Shown here in pieces: positions 17,577-27,905 of a DNA stretch of 64,000 nucleotides (positions are counted from its first letter, which is position 1; the number at the start of each line of letters is the position of its first letter). The stretch lies in contig JAUYKW010000018.1 of the NCBI GenBank assembly GCA_030698395.1, positions 44,726-108,725 of the forward strand, read 5' to 3'. The notes beneath the pieces are model-generated. The model worked only from the letters and a program-made list of their open reading frames with translations. It was not told the origin of the DNA and did not search any database. The stretch comes from a bacterium. GTDB taxonomy: Bacteria > Patescibacteriota > Patescibacteriia > UBA9570. The position numbers and the translations under genes were made by a program.

Positions 17577-18320
17577 TTAGGCAACTGGTAGATGAGTGTG
17601 TTTTTCTACTTCACGTAGAAAAGATTTCTTATCGCCACTACATTCAAAAATGTATTTTGGTTCTGTTTGAGGATCTTCAAGTTTTTCTTTGCGCATTATT
17701 CGTAGTACATGCCTAGTCACAGCTTCATTGGAATCAAGAATGATGACGTCTGGTCCAAATTTATTTTGCAATTTTCCTTTTATTAAAGTGTAATGCGTGC
17801 AACCAAGAATTAATACATCTGCTGTTTTGGCATCTATAGTACATTTATTTAACAATTCATCTTGTTTCGCATCATCTCCGTACTCAACGGCGTCAGCTAA
17901 GCCACTGCAAGAAACTTTTATAATTTCGCAGTTTCCTGCAAAGCGACCAATTAGTTCTGAAATATATTTAGCTGATACTGTTGATGTTGTTGCTAGTAAA
18001 GCAATTTTTTTGGTTTGAGAAATATGAGCTGCTGTTTTAATAACTGGAACAACCGCGATAATTGGTATTTTAATATTTTCGCGATAATACGCTAGATCAT
18101 TTACCGAAGCAGTATTACAAGCGATCACTAGTAAGGAACATTTCTTTTCTAATTTTTTTAAACCAGCTAGAGTGATTTTTCTAATTTCTTCCATGCTACG
18201 ATCACCGAATGGAAAATATTTAGTATCACCAAAATAGAAGATACTTTCTTGAGGAAGTACTTGAATAATGGTATTAAATATACCTAGTCCGCCAATACCT
18301 GAATCGTAAATTCCTATCAT
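17577..18320 (-). CDS. murI: Glutamate racemase
   Basis: IGIYDSGIGGLGIF, VIACNTAS, LGCTHY catalytic motifs. Convergent with murD and separated from it by 1 nt. Confidence 0.9.
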   Translation of the reverse strand: MIGIYDSGIGGLGIFNTIIQVLPQESIFYFGDTKYFPFGDRSMEEIRKITLAGLKKLEKKCSLLVIACNTASVNDLAYYRENIKIPIIAVVPVIKTAAHISQTKKIALLATTSTVSAKYISELIGRFAGNCEIIKVSCSGLADAVEYGDDAKQDELLNKCTIDAKTADVLILGCTHYTLIKGKLQNKFGPDVIILDSNEAVTRHVLRIMRKEKLEDPQTEPKYIFECSGDKKSFLREVEKHTHLPVA

Positions 18321-18330
18321 GTGTTTATTA

Positions 18331-19167
18331 TTAGGGCACGCGATTGAATAAAATAGCTGATATTGTAATCAGTACTACGGAGAATATTACCAGAATTCCT
18401 ATATCTATCAATACTGTTGGATATATATTGAATACAGAGAACGATAATTTATTAATGGCATCTATGGGAATGTCTTGATTTATCAGTACTATTCTGCGCA
18501 TGCCATCAACTGCATAACTAGCAGGATTTAGCTTTACTAGCGGATTCATCCAAGCTGGAACTTGTCCTAATGGAAAAAGTGCGCCGGATAAGAAGAACAT
18601 GGGCATGTTTACGAAGTTTACTACATATTGAAAAGCTTCTTGATTATCGAAGAATGAAACCATTACCATACCAATTGATGTGAGAGCGAATGCTACTAGC
18701 CAAATCATCGGAATTAGCAGGACAACCATCGTAAGAGTAAGGTGAACGCCAATAAAGGGAGCAAGGATTAGAATTAGCGTACCTTGAATTGCTGAAGTTG
18801 AGGCTGCACCTAATGCTCTGCCAATTACTATTGTAGAACGGGGGACTGGAGCTACTAAAATTTCTTTTAGAAAACCAAATTCTTTATCTTTAACGGTGCT
18901 CAGGGCAGAAAAAATTGCATTGAAAATTAAACTCATAGCGATAACTCCAGGGAAGATGAATTGTATATAATCAACGCCACTACCATTTGTCATGCTTTGG
19001 CTAGATCCACTTAATGACGATGCCATGCCACCACCAAAAATGAACAGCCATAGCATGGGCATAGTTAAACCTACTAACGCTCTAATTCTATTACGCCAAT
19101 AATGTAACAAATCTCTTTTCCAAAGAATTAGCGCTACGTTGGTATATTTTTTAACAGTATTCATCAT
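18331..19167 (-). CDS. ABC-2 type transporter permease
   Basis: 278 aa with six predicted TM helices, immediately downstream of an ABC ATPase. Confidence 0.65.
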   Translation of the reverse strand: MMNTVKKYTNVALILWKRDLLHYWRNRIRALVGLTMPMLWLFIFGGGMASSLSGSSQSMTNGSGVDYIQFIFPGVIAMSLIFNAIFSALSTVKDKEFGFLKEILVAPVPRSTIVIGRALGAASTSAIQGTLILILAPFIGVHLTLTMVVLLIPMIWLVAFALTSIGMVMVSFFDNQEAFQYVVNFVNMPMFFLSGALFPLGQVPAWMNPLVKLNPASYAVDGMRRIVLINQDIPIDAINKLSFSVFNIYPTVLIDIGILVIFSVVLITISAILFNRVP

Positions 19168-19172
19168 ATTTT

Positions 19173-19985
19173 TTAGTGTGCAGGACCAGTTGGTCTTTGA
19201 GATCGTTGGCGGTTTTCTCCACTTAACTCATCATCTCGGATACCATGGCCGGTTGCTTCTAGAAACACCTGATTCATTGTTGGTACATTATATTTATCTT
19301 TTAGTTTAGCAGGAGTATCAAGATCAATTATTTTCCCTGAATCAATAATGGCAATGCGATCGCAATTTTCAACTTCATCAAGATAGTGAGTTGTAAGAAA
19401 AATTGTCATTTTATGTTCCCGCCGAACTTTATTAATATACTGCCAGATGTGTTCACGTGTTTGCGGATCTAGACCTAGAGTTGGTTCATCAAGAAATAAC
19501 ACTTCCGGAAAATGCATTAAACCGCGAGCGATCTCCAAGCGACGTTTCATACCTCCAGAAAATTGTTCAACAACAGAATGCGCCCTATCATCTAATTCAA
19601 CCATTTTGAGTAAGTGCGTTATTTGTTCTTTTCTTTGTTCTTTCGACATGCCATATAAAGTTCCGTGAAAATTCAAGTTTTCATATGCAGTGAGTTTTAT
19701 ATCTAATGTAGTATCTTGAAAAATGATACCAACCTTTTTTCTTACTTCATCTCTTTCTTTTATAATGTCATGGCCAGCAACTTTAGCACTTCCACCTGTA
19801 GGATTTAGCAAAGTTGTTAGCATCGAAATAGTTACACTTTTTCCAGCTCCGTTTGGACCAAGAAAGCCAAATAGTTCTCCAGGATTTACAGAAAATGAGA
19901 TACCATCTACTGCTTTTAGTATTTTGGCATTTTTCCCTTTAATCTTAAAAGTACGAGATAAATTCTCAACTTGTATAGTAGACAC
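19173..19985 (-). CDS. ABC transporter ATP-binding protein
   Basis: Walker A GPNGAGKS. ABC signature FSGGMKRRLEIA. Walker B LFLDEPTLGLD. Confidence 0.85.
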   Translation of the reverse strand: MSTIQVENLSRTFKIKGKNAKILKAVDGISFSVNPGELFGFLGPNGAGKSVTISMLTTLLNPTGGSAKVAGHDIIKERDEVRKKVGIIFQDTTLDIKLTAYENLNFHGTLYGMSKEQRKEQITHLLKMVELDDRAHSVVEQFSGGMKRRLEIARGLMHFPEVLFLDEPTLGLDPQTREHIWQYINKVRREHKMTIFLTTHYLDEVENCDRIAIIDSGKIIDLDTPAKLKDKYNVPTMNQVFLEATGHGIRDDELSGENRQRSQRPTGPAH

Positions 19986-19989
19986 GATA

Positions 19990-21537
19990 CTATTGTTTAT
20001 CAGTGATAATTAAATTTTTCCCAGTCATTTCTACTGGTGGTTCTTCTCCTAACAGATAAAGTATAGTTGATGCACAATCTTGGAGTGTTCCATTGTCGCG
20101 TAATTTTGAATGTCTATTTTCTTCGTCTACCAAAATGAATGGAACAAACGAATCTGTATGGAAGGTATGTGGGCAATCCCATTCTTCATCCCACATAAGT
20201 TCGGCATCACCATGATCTGCTGTAATGATAATGACACCATTATGTTTGCGAATTTCAGTATATATTTCTGCTAGTGCCATATCAATTGCTTGTACGCCAA
20301 GGATAGCTGCATCTTTGTTTCCAGTATGTCCTAACATATCAGCATTTGGGAAGTTCATAAAGTAAGTATCAAAAGCCTGTGCTTGTAAATGCTTCACTGC
20401 TTCCTTCGCAATGTTAGCTGCTTGCATTTCTGGCTTTAAATCGTAAGTAGCAACTTTGTCGGATGGAATTAATATTCGTTCTTCACCAGCAAATGGATTT
20501 TCTCGCATAACATTGAATATTTTTGTCATGTATACCCACTTTTCTGTTTCGGTTAATCTTAATTGACTGTATTTACGATCACTTAACACTTCTCCCAAAA
20601 TATTTTTTACTTCTAGTTCAGTTCTTTCTAAGGCAGTAGGTGTTTTCATGTCTGCATAATATTTACTCATGCCAACATAATGTATCTTTGGCCAGTTGCG
20701 TCGTTCAAAATGTTCAAAATCATCTTCAATGAGAGCTTTGGTTATCTCAATTTCTCTATCAACACGAAAATTAAAATTAATAACTACATCATTTTCTTGA
20801 ATTGTGCCAGCTGGATCAATTAGTGTTGGTTGGATGAACTCATCAGTTTCACCTCGGCTATATGCATCGCTAATACCCATGTGAATATTTTGAGCTTCTT
20901 GCAATCCTTCACCTAAGACCAGTAGTTTGTAGGCAGCTTCTATTCTTTCCCAACGATTATCACGATCCATTACCCACCAACGTCCTTGGAGGGAAGCGAT
21001 GGTACCTACACCGGCTGTAGCTATTTTATTTTCTAGCTTGTGAGCAAATTTTGAAACTGATTTTGGTGGTACATCTCTACCATCACTAATTACATGTACA
21101 AAGACATTTGCGATATCATATTCCTTCGCGATGTCTAATAATTCATGACAAGCTCTATCATACGTGTGCACGCCACCATCCGATAATAATCCCATTAGAT
21201 GTAAACGGCCATTACCTTGAGAGGCTTTGGTCATAGCTTCTACGATTGCTGTATTTTTACGCAGACCTCCGCTTTCAATTGCACTCAATAGTTGCATTTG
21301 AGGTAATAGTAAATTTCGTCCAGCACCCATAATGAGGTGTCCCATTTCAGTTGAGCCCGGATGTCCATTTGGTAATCCAATATGTGGACCAGCTGCACCA
21401 ATTGGTTTATTAGGATAGTTTGCGAGGAAGAAATCAATTTGCGGTGTATCTGCTAAAAAAATTGCATTATGTGCATCATCAGTACCAATGCCCCAGCCAT
21501 CTAGGACAATAAACATTATTGGTCGCTTTGCTTTCAT
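19990..21537 (-). CDS. gpmI: 2,3-bisphosphoglycerate-independent phosphoglycerate mutase
   Basis: N-terminus MKAKRPIMFIVLDGWGIG. Length 515 aa. Metal-binding alkaline-phosphatase-like core. Confidence 0.9.
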   Translation of the reverse strand: MKAKRPIMFIVLDGWGIGTDDAHNAIFLADTPQIDFFLANYPNKPIGAAGPHIGLPNGHPGSTEMGHLIMGAGRNLLLPQMQLLSAIESGGLRKNTAIVEAMTKASQGNGRLHLMGLLSDGGVHTYDRACHELLDIAKEYDIANVFVHVISDGRDVPPKSVSKFAHKLENKIATAGVGTIASLQGRWWVMDRDNRWERIEAAYKLLVLGEGLQEAQNIHMGISDAYSRGETDEFIQPTLIDPAGTIQENDVVINFNFRVDREIEITKALIEDDFEHFERRNWPKIHYVGMSKYYADMKTPTALERTELEVKNILGEVLSDRKYSQLRLTETEKWVYMTKIFNVMRENPFAGEERILIPSDKVATYDLKPEMQAANIAKEAVKHLQAQAFDTYFMNFPNADMLGHTGNKDAAILGVQAIDMALAEIYTEIRKHNGVIIITADHGDAELMWDEEWDCPHTFHTDSFVPFILVDEENRHSKLRDNGTLQDCASTILYLLGEEPPVEMTGKNLIITDKQ

Positions 21538-22910
21538 GAATCTTTTCTAATGATTGCTAAAATTTCATCTGTTTTAGCTCGCATGGTTTCTTCGTTGATA
21601 GATTCTAAATTTAGTCGTAATACAGATTCGGTGTTAGATGGTCTAACGTTGAACCAATAATCTTCATATTCAACCGTGATGCCATCTAGTTTAGATATAC
21701 TTTTGGCATCTGCTTCATAAATTTCTAAAAGTTTATTCATTATGCCCTCTTTATCTTTAACTGCAGAATTAATCTCTCCAGAATGAGCATATTTTCTGTA
21801 TGGTCGAACCTGATCTGCTACTGATTCTTCTTTACGGCTAAAGAATTTAAGAAGCATCATTGCTACAATAACAGGTGTTTCAAATACACCGAGTTCTGTA
21901 CGCATAAAAAAGTGTCCAGATGATTCGCCAGCAAATGCAGCCCCTTCTTTAATGGCTTGATCTTTAATAAAAGAATGACCAACCTTTGTAACAGATGGCT
22001 TTCCTCCGGCTGCTTCTATCATATCGCGAGTGATACGACCGGGTCGGATATCATAACAAATAGTAGAATTTGGTTCGCGTTCTAGCACTAGTTTTGCAAC
22101 CAATCCTCGAATGATAGCTGGTTCAATCATATTCCCTTCATTATCGATAAAGAATATTCTATCACCGTCTCCATCTGTTGCAATTCCTAAATCTGCACCT
22201 TCCTCAACTACACGTTTCATTAAGTCTTGATTATTTTCTTCTTTGAATGGATCTGCTTCATGCGCCGGCATATTACCATCGAGCTCAAAATTCATTTCAA
22301 TAAGTTCACATGGTAGGTGAGAGAACATGGCTCGAACATATGTACTTCCCATTGCATTTGCACAATCAGCAACAATCTTAAATGGGCGAATTCCTTCAGT
22401 ACCAACCCAATCAACTTCGAATTTTGTATGTTCTTCTACAATGCCACTTTGTTCTTCAACGTTGCCACCAGCAGTTGGTGCAGCGAAGTTATCAGCAATT
22501 ACTGTATCTCTGATCTCAGCAATACCATTTTCCATGCTTACAGGCTTTACTCCGGCACGCACAAATTTTAAACCATTAAATTCTTTTGGATTATGTGATG
22601 CAGTTACCATGATGCCACCATCGTAGGCATACTTTGCCACAGCATAATAAAAAGCTGGCGTAGATACGATGCCAACGTGCATAACGTGTAAGCCCTCATC
22701 AGTAAGCCCAGCTATTACTTGATCTTTAAGTGACGGTGATGACAAACGCATATCTTCACCTACTGCAACTGTAAGTAGTTTACCTGCGTTTTCTTTTTTT
22801 AAAAGCTGCGCATATGCTCGAGCAGTTTTATATGTAACTTCTTCGGTTAGTTCAGATCCGTAAATTCCACGAATGTCGTATGCTTTATAAATGTTACTTG
22901 CTACTTCCAT
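21534..22910 (-). CDS. Phosphohexomutase (phosphoglucomutase/phosphomannomutase family)
   Basis: Active-site TASHNP (VTASHNPKEFNGLKF), metal-binding DGDGDR, GESSGH loop. Confidence 0.85.
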   Translation of the reverse strand: MEVASNIYKAYDIRGIYGSELTEEVTYKTARAYAQLLKKENAGKLLTVAVGEDMRLSSPSLKDQVIAGLTDEGLHVMHVGIVSTPAFYYAVAKYAYDGGIMVTASHNPKEFNGLKFVRAGVKPVSMENGIAEIRDTVIADNFAAPTAGGNVEEQSGIVEEHTKFEVDWVGTEGIRPFKIVADCANAMGSTYVRAMFSHLPCELIEMNFELDGNMPAHEADPFKEENNQDLMKRVVEEGADLGIATDGDGDRIFFIDNEGNMIEPAIIRGLVAKLVLEREPNSTICYDIRPGRITRDMIEAAGGKPSVTKVGHSFIKDQAIKEGAAFAGESSGHFFMRTELGVFETPVIVAMMLLKFFSRKEESVADQVRPYRKYAHSGEINSAVKDKEGIMNKLLEIYEADAKSISKLDGITVEYEDYWFNVRPSNTESVLRLNLESINEETMRAKTDEILAIIRKDS

Positions 22911-24258
22911 ATTTTGATTTTAAAAATAAGACGATTGCTCCCGTAGCCCAAATAATGCCAAGTGCATTAACAAAAGTGCCAATAAAATTGTAAGGAAACG
23001 GAATGCTACCAAGAATTGTAGTTATTAAATAAAAAATAGTTATACCTACAACCATGGATAAATAAATATTTTTTTGCTTTGGTAATATTATTTTTCCAAT
23101 AGCTAATCCAACATAAATTTTTGCTAGAAATACTGTTGTTCCAAATATCAATACGCCAAGAATACTGAGGGGAATTCCAATTAAGGAAAAAAGCAACATA
23201 GCAATTATTAAAGGAACTATAACCACGTAACCAAAGCCCCAGGCAAAACAGATTCCAGCTTTAGATAGCATTAGTTTTTTTACGGCTAGTGATTTTTCTT
23301 TCAGTACTACTAAAACAACTACACCTAACATTATGTAACCGAGCAAGCTAATTATTTTCCTAAGAAAAAACCACACGGTAAAACGAGATTTTTGTTCTTT
23401 CGGTTCTACTAAGGGAGGTGAATATGATTCTGTACCATTTATATGTGCCGCCGGATCAATTGTTGCATGGTTTGCAGATGAATAAAGTACGTCCCCACTA
23501 ATTTTTGCAGTTTCATTTATTATTAGATTGTTTACACTTTGAAAATATACATCGTTACCAATAGTACCGTTGATAGTTGCATTACCTATACTGCCCGATA
23601 GCTTTCCATTAATAACTCCATTTAATGTTAAGTCTCCAGCTTGTATTATGGCATCACGACTAATAACTGCACCTTTTTTTAGGGTGACTTTTCCTGCAGC
23701 CACAGTAAGGCTTCTATTTATATCTTCATTGATAATTACATTGTTACCACCAACTCTAAGATCCCCATCTACTGGAGCATTGATAGTTACGTTGGCTCCA
23801 ACAGCCATTAAATCTCCATCAACTATTCCATTAATGGTTACATTGTTGCCGATTACAATTACGTCACTTTTAAAATGACCAGTAACATCGATTGTTTCGC
23901 TAGCTACAAAATAAACGTCTTCATATATCTTTAAAGTAGATATATTTGGTGTTTCATCTAAAAATGATGTAGTGTCAATATTTTTCTCTAGTTCTGGAAA
24001 TCCTGAATTAATAACTTCTTCCGAGGCAGGCTTGGCAAGTTGTGCAGCTAGTTGACCAGTAGCAGTTTCTTGGTCTGCGGAAAAATCATCTGTCAGTAGC
24101 GCTGCATCAGCTTTAGAGAACGAAAAAAACAGTACGCTTACAACGAGTACTGCTCCAAAGGTGAATAATAATGGGAGTGCTTCTCGAAACTCTTTCATTT
24201 TCATAACCGGTATACTATACAGAATTTGTTCGATTTTGGCAAGCACTAATAAGGCCAT
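22894..24258 (-). CDS. Hypothetical membrane protein with an N-terminal TM, a central bactofilin-like beta-helical repeat region and a C-terminal multi-TM domain
   Basis: Repeats VIGNNVTINGIVDGDLMAVGANVTINAPVDGDLRVGGNNVIIN... resemble polymer-forming (bactofilin/DUF583-like) left-handed beta-helix repeats. Hydrophobic N-terminal helix and four to five C-terminal helices. Confidence 0.45.
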   Translation of the reverse strand: MALLVLAKIEQILYSIPVMKMKEFREALPLLFTFGAVLVVSVLFFSFSKADAALLTDDFSADQETATGQLAAQLAKPASEEVINSGFPELEKNIDTTSFLDETPNISTLKIYEDVYFVASETIDVTGHFKSDVIVIGNNVTINGIVDGDLMAVGANVTINAPVDGDLRVGGNNVIINEDINRSLTVAAGKVTLKKGAVISRDAIIQAGDLTLNGVINGKLSGSIGNATINGTIGNDVYFQSVNNLIINETAKISGDVLYSSANHATIDPAAHINGTESYSPPLVEPKEQKSRFTVWFFLRKIISLLGYIMLGVVVLVVLKEKSLAVKKLMLSKAGICFAWGFGYVVIVPLIIAMLLFSLIGIPLSILGVLIFGTTVFLAKIYVGLAIGKIILPKQKNIYLSMVVGITIFYLITTILGSIPFPYNFIGTFVNALGIIWATGAIVLFLKSKYGSSK

Positions 24259-24300
24259 TTTTAGGGCTAAAAAAGCACCAATTCTAGCAATAAAATATGG

Positions 24301-24996
24301 TTATTTTTTCGCGATAGTGATGATGTTTCTACCTAACTTTTGATCAGTTTTTTCGTTATTTGTAGAGTAGAAGTTGTCAGCATTTTTCCATGATGCATCA
24401 TCTAGCAGTTCATTTAGTTCAGGAATTGTGAAACCATGATAATAACGTTCTGCTAACACTTCTCCTTGTTCGTTTTTCCAAGGAACGATTGCATCACCAT
24501 TTTCGAATTCATTTGGAACATTCGTAAAGTAGTCAGGTAATGCTGGTTGATATAAATTCCAGTTCATCATAAATAAAGAACCTCCCGGTTTAGTAACTCG
24601 GGACATTTCCTGTAAAGCTTGAAGACGATATTTTTTCGATGGAATGTGCTGTAAGCTTGCAATCGCGATAGTGACATTGAACTCCTCATTGGCAAAAGGA
24701 AGTTCCAGCATGGATCCTTGAACTAGTTTAATATCAGGGTATAATTTCTTACCTTCCGTGATTAGTTTTTTTGAGACATCAAGGCCAGTATAGTAACCCT
24801 TGATTTTTTCTATAATTTCCGCTAGTCTGCCATTGCCACAACCAACGTCCAATACTTGATCTTCCGGTTTTACTAACTTATGAAGTAGTTGAAATTCCGG
24901 CCAATCATGTTGACGAGTTTGAGAAAAGTGTGGCGCAATTAAATTATAATCACTTTCAACTTTTTTTATCAATTTTTGAGCAAATGAATCAAGCAT
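24301..24996 (-). CDS. Class I SAM-dependent methyltransferase
   Basis: Motif I VLDVGCGNGRL, post-I LDVS, 231 aa. Confidence 0.75.
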   Translation of the reverse strand: MLDSFAQKLIKKVESDYNLIAPHFSQTRQHDWPEFQLLHKLVKPEDQVLDVGCGNGRLAEIIEKIKGYYTGLDVSKKLITEGKKLYPDIKLVQGSMLELPFANEEFNVTIAIASLQHIPSKKYRLQALQEMSRVTKPGGSLFMMNWNLYQPALPDYFTNVPNEFENGDAIVPWKNEQGEVLAERYYHGFTIPELNELLDDASWKNADNFYSTNNEKTDQKLGRNIITIAKK

Positions 24997-26534
24997 TACG
25001 GGACATTATTAATAAATCTATAAATCGTAGCGTAAGTGACGTTTTAAGTTTGCGGAGTGTAAAAGCAGAGGTGGCAAAAGAGTATGGCATCCATATGCCT
25101 ACTAATGCTAACATATTGTCCGAATACAAAACAATGATAGAGCAGGGCGATGCAGAGGAGGATATGATATTTATGCAGGTATTGCAAGTGAGAAGTATTC
25201 GTACTCTTTCTGGAATTGCTCCTATTACAGTACTTACTAAGCCTTATGCGTGCCCAGGTAAATGCATATATTGTCCATCTGAAGCGAATATGCCCAAGAG
25301 CTATATTGATACTGAGCCAGGTGCTATGCGGGCGTTGGCTTTAAAATTTGATCCTTATGAACAAGTTAGCAAACGTTTAACTGCCTTAGAAAGAAATGGC
25401 CATATTCCAGAAAAGTGTGAGTTGTTAGTTTTGGGTGGCACTTGGTCATCTTATCCGCATGATTATCAAGAGTGGTTCATGAAACGTTGTTATGATGCTT
25501 TTAATGAGGAGGAGTCTGAGACTTTGGCAGAAGCGAAAATTAAAAATGAAACTGCTAAATACCGAGTTATCGGATGTACATTAGAAACTCGCCCGGATTT
25601 TATTACAGAGGAAGAAGTAAAACGCTTACGATGGTTTGGCGCAACTCGAATGCAGATAGGAGTTCAATCTTTAAATAAACATGTATTAGAGCTGAATCGG
25701 AGAGAACAAACGAATGAACAAGTCCAAGTAGCTACGAAGCTTTTAAAAGAGGCAGGAATAAAAATTTCGTATCATATGATGCAAAATTTACCAGGCTCTA
25801 CTCCAGAAGGTGATTTACAGGATATTAAAACAATTTTTTCTGATCCTGGATATCAGCCTGATCATATAAAAGTGTATCCATGTGTAGTGGTTAAGTCTGC
25901 TCCGTTGTATCGACATTGGAAAGCTGGAAGATATAAATCTTATTCCCGAGAAGTGCTTACTGATTTGCTGATCAAGATTAAAAATGAAGTTCCATATTAT
26001 TGTAGGATTGAGCGTTTAGTACGAGATATTCCAGAAAATTCTATTGAAGGTGGAAATACCGTTACAAATCTACGACAAATGATGCAAGATAAGGGCGCAC
26101 AGTGTAATTGCATTCGTTGTCGAGAACCGCGCGCTGATACAACAGGAATAGAAGATGCAAAAATGTATGTTGATGAATACGAATCTGCTGACGGTGTTGA
26201 ATATTTTATTTCATTAGAAAATGATGATCGGACAAAGTTATTTGGCTTCGTGCGATTACGTTTACAAGATCGAGAACAACATTGGCTGGAAGAGTTGCAA
26301 GATTGTGCAATTATTCGAGAGTTGCACGTGTATGGTCAGTTGGTTCCAGTGGCAGCAAAAGGTAAGGCAGTTCAACACAAGGGCTTCGGTCGTAAGTTGA
26401 TGGTTGCCGCAGAAAAGATTGCTCAAGAACAAGGTGCTAAAAAAATAGCAGTAATTGCCGGAGTTGGAGTGAGAAAGTATTATGAAAAATTGGGTTATCA
26501 GTTAGATCAGGAATACATGATAAAATCACTTTAG
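24984..26534 (+). CDS. Elp3-like radical SAM / GNAT protein (elongator protein 3 homolog; putative tRNA wobble-uridine modification)
   Basis: Radical SAM CxxxCxxC (CPGKCIYCPS) preceded by IRTLSGIAPITVLTKPYAC. C-terminal GNAT region (QHKGFGRKLMVAAEKIA). ORF-track start is 24930; the ATG at 24984 is the more plausible start. Either start overlaps the divergent methyltransferase start. Confidence 0.7.
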   Translation: MNQALRDIINKSINRSVSDVLSLRSVKAEVAKEYGIHMPTNANILSEYKTMIEQGDAEEDMIFMQVLQVRSIRTLSGIAPITVLTKPYACPGKCIYCPSEANMPKSYIDTEPGAMRALALKFDPYEQVSKRLTALERNGHIPEKCELLVLGGTWSSYPHDYQEWFMKRCYDAFNEEESETLAEAKIKNETAKYRVIGCTLETRPDFITEEEVKRLRWFGATRMQIGVQSLNKHVLELNRREQTNEQVQVATKLLKEAGIKISYHMMQNLPGSTPEGDLQDIKTIFSDPGYQPDHIKVYPCVVVKSAPLYRHWKAGRYKSYSREVLTDLLIKIKNEVPYYCRIERLVRDIPENSIEGGNTVTNLRQMMQDKGAQCNCIRCREPRADTTGIEDAKMYVDEYESADGVEYFISLENDDRTKLFGFVRLRLQDREQHWLEELQDCAIIRELHVYGQLVPVAAKGKAVQHKGFGRKLMVAAEKIAQEQGAKKIAVIAGVGVRKYYEKLGYQLDQEYMIKSL

Positions 26535-26657
26535 ACCAAAAATTCATTAATTTGAGGACTATTATAGTATTTGGTAGGGGTGGAATTGCATAGCTAGTAA
26601 TAAGATATTTATCTGTGCTACAATAGGGATGAATTAATCATTTATTCATAAATTTTC

Positions 26658-27899
26658 ATGTTAGAACACCTCAAAAAACAGGATCCAGACTTAGCTGGAT
26701 ATATCGAAGGGGAGCTAGAGCGACAGCGAACTAATTTAGAGTTGATTCCTTCGGAAAATTTTGTATCTCCAGCAGTATTAGAAGCTTTAGGTAGTATTTG
26801 TACGAATAAATATTCGGAAGGTTATCCAGGAAAGCGTTATTATGGTGGTCAGGAATGGATCGATAAAATTGAACAGTTAGCAATTGATAGAGCAAAGGAC
26901 ATATTTCAAGCCGAACATGTGAACGTTCAGCCGTTATCTGGTGCACCAGCAAATTTGGCTGTATATACAGCGCTATTAGAACAAGGAGATACGGTATTAG
27001 GAATGGATCTTTCACATGGTGGTCATCTTACTCATGGTCATCCGGTTACATTCATGGCTAAGGTGTACAATTTTGTTCGTTATAAGACAGGTGCTGATGG
27101 CTTGATTGATTTTGATAATTTACGGGAGATGGCTTTAGAGCATAAACCAAAAATGATTCTAGCTGGTTTCTCTGCTTATTCTCGAGATTTAGATTATGCT
27201 AAGTTCAAGGAAATTGCTGATGAAGTAGGAGCTCTTACGATGGCTGATATTGCTCATATTTCTGGATTGATCGCTGCTGGAGAATTAAATAATCCAGTGC
27301 CACATTTTGATGTTGTATCTACCACCACTCATAAGACTTTGCGTGGTCCTCGGGGTGGCATGATTATGTGCAAAGCAAAACATGCCAAAGCGATTAATAA
27401 AGCAGTATTCCCAGGATTGCAGGGTGGCCCACATGAAAATCAGATTGCAGCTTTAGCAGTTGCTTTAGGTGAAGCTCAACAGCCAGAGTTTAAAGATTAT
27501 GCTGCTCAAATTCGGAAGAATGCAAAAGTATTGTGTAATAAATTGCAAGAAGCTGGATTGAAAATAATGTTTGGAACTACTGATAATCATCTTATTTTGG
27601 CAGATGTTACACCGCTTGGAATTACAGGTAAGATCGCGCAGACAGTTTTAGATGAAGCTCGCATGACACTTAATATGAATATGATTCCGGATGATCCACG
27701 ATCACCAATGGATCCATCTGGTATTAGGTTAGGTACACCCCCTGTCACAACCCGCGGAATGAAAGAACCGGAGATGGAGCAAATTGCTGAGATGATGATC
27801 CGTGTTTTAACTAATCATGAAGACGAGTCTGTAAAAGAGGAAGTTCGGCAGGAAGTGAAAGCTTTAACCGATAGATTTCCACTTTATCCAGGCATGTAA
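26658..27899 (+). CDS. glyA: Serine hydroxymethyltransferase
   Basis: N-terminal LELIPSENFVSPAVLEALGS. PLP-lysine region TTTHKTLRGPRGG. Confidence 0.95.
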   Translation: MLEHLKKQDPDLAGYIEGELERQRTNLELIPSENFVSPAVLEALGSICTNKYSEGYPGKRYYGGQEWIDKIEQLAIDRAKDIFQAEHVNVQPLSGAPANLAVYTALLEQGDTVLGMDLSHGGHLTHGHPVTFMAKVYNFVRYKTGADGLIDFDNLREMALEHKPKMILAGFSAYSRDLDYAKFKEIADEVGALTMADIAHISGLIAAGELNNPVPHFDVVSTTTHKTLRGPRGGMIMCKAKHAKAINKAVFPGLQGGPHENQIAALAVALGEAQQPEFKDYAAQIRKNAKVLCNKLQEAGLKIMFGTTDNHLILADVTPLGITGKIAQTVLDEARMTLNMNMIPDDPRSPMDPSGIRLGTPPVTTRGMKEPEMEQIAEMMIRVLTNHEDESVKEEVRQEVKALTDRFPLYPGM

Positions 27900-27905
27900 A
27901 ATATA

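Noticed and set aside
19447-20013. Plus-strand ORFs 19447..19668 and 19723..20013, antisense to the ABC ATPase gene
   Set aside because: Internal antisense ORFs with no conserved features.
22317-22626. Plus-strand ORFs antisense to the phosphohexomutase gene
   Set aside because: Shadow ORFs overlapping a well-supported CDS.
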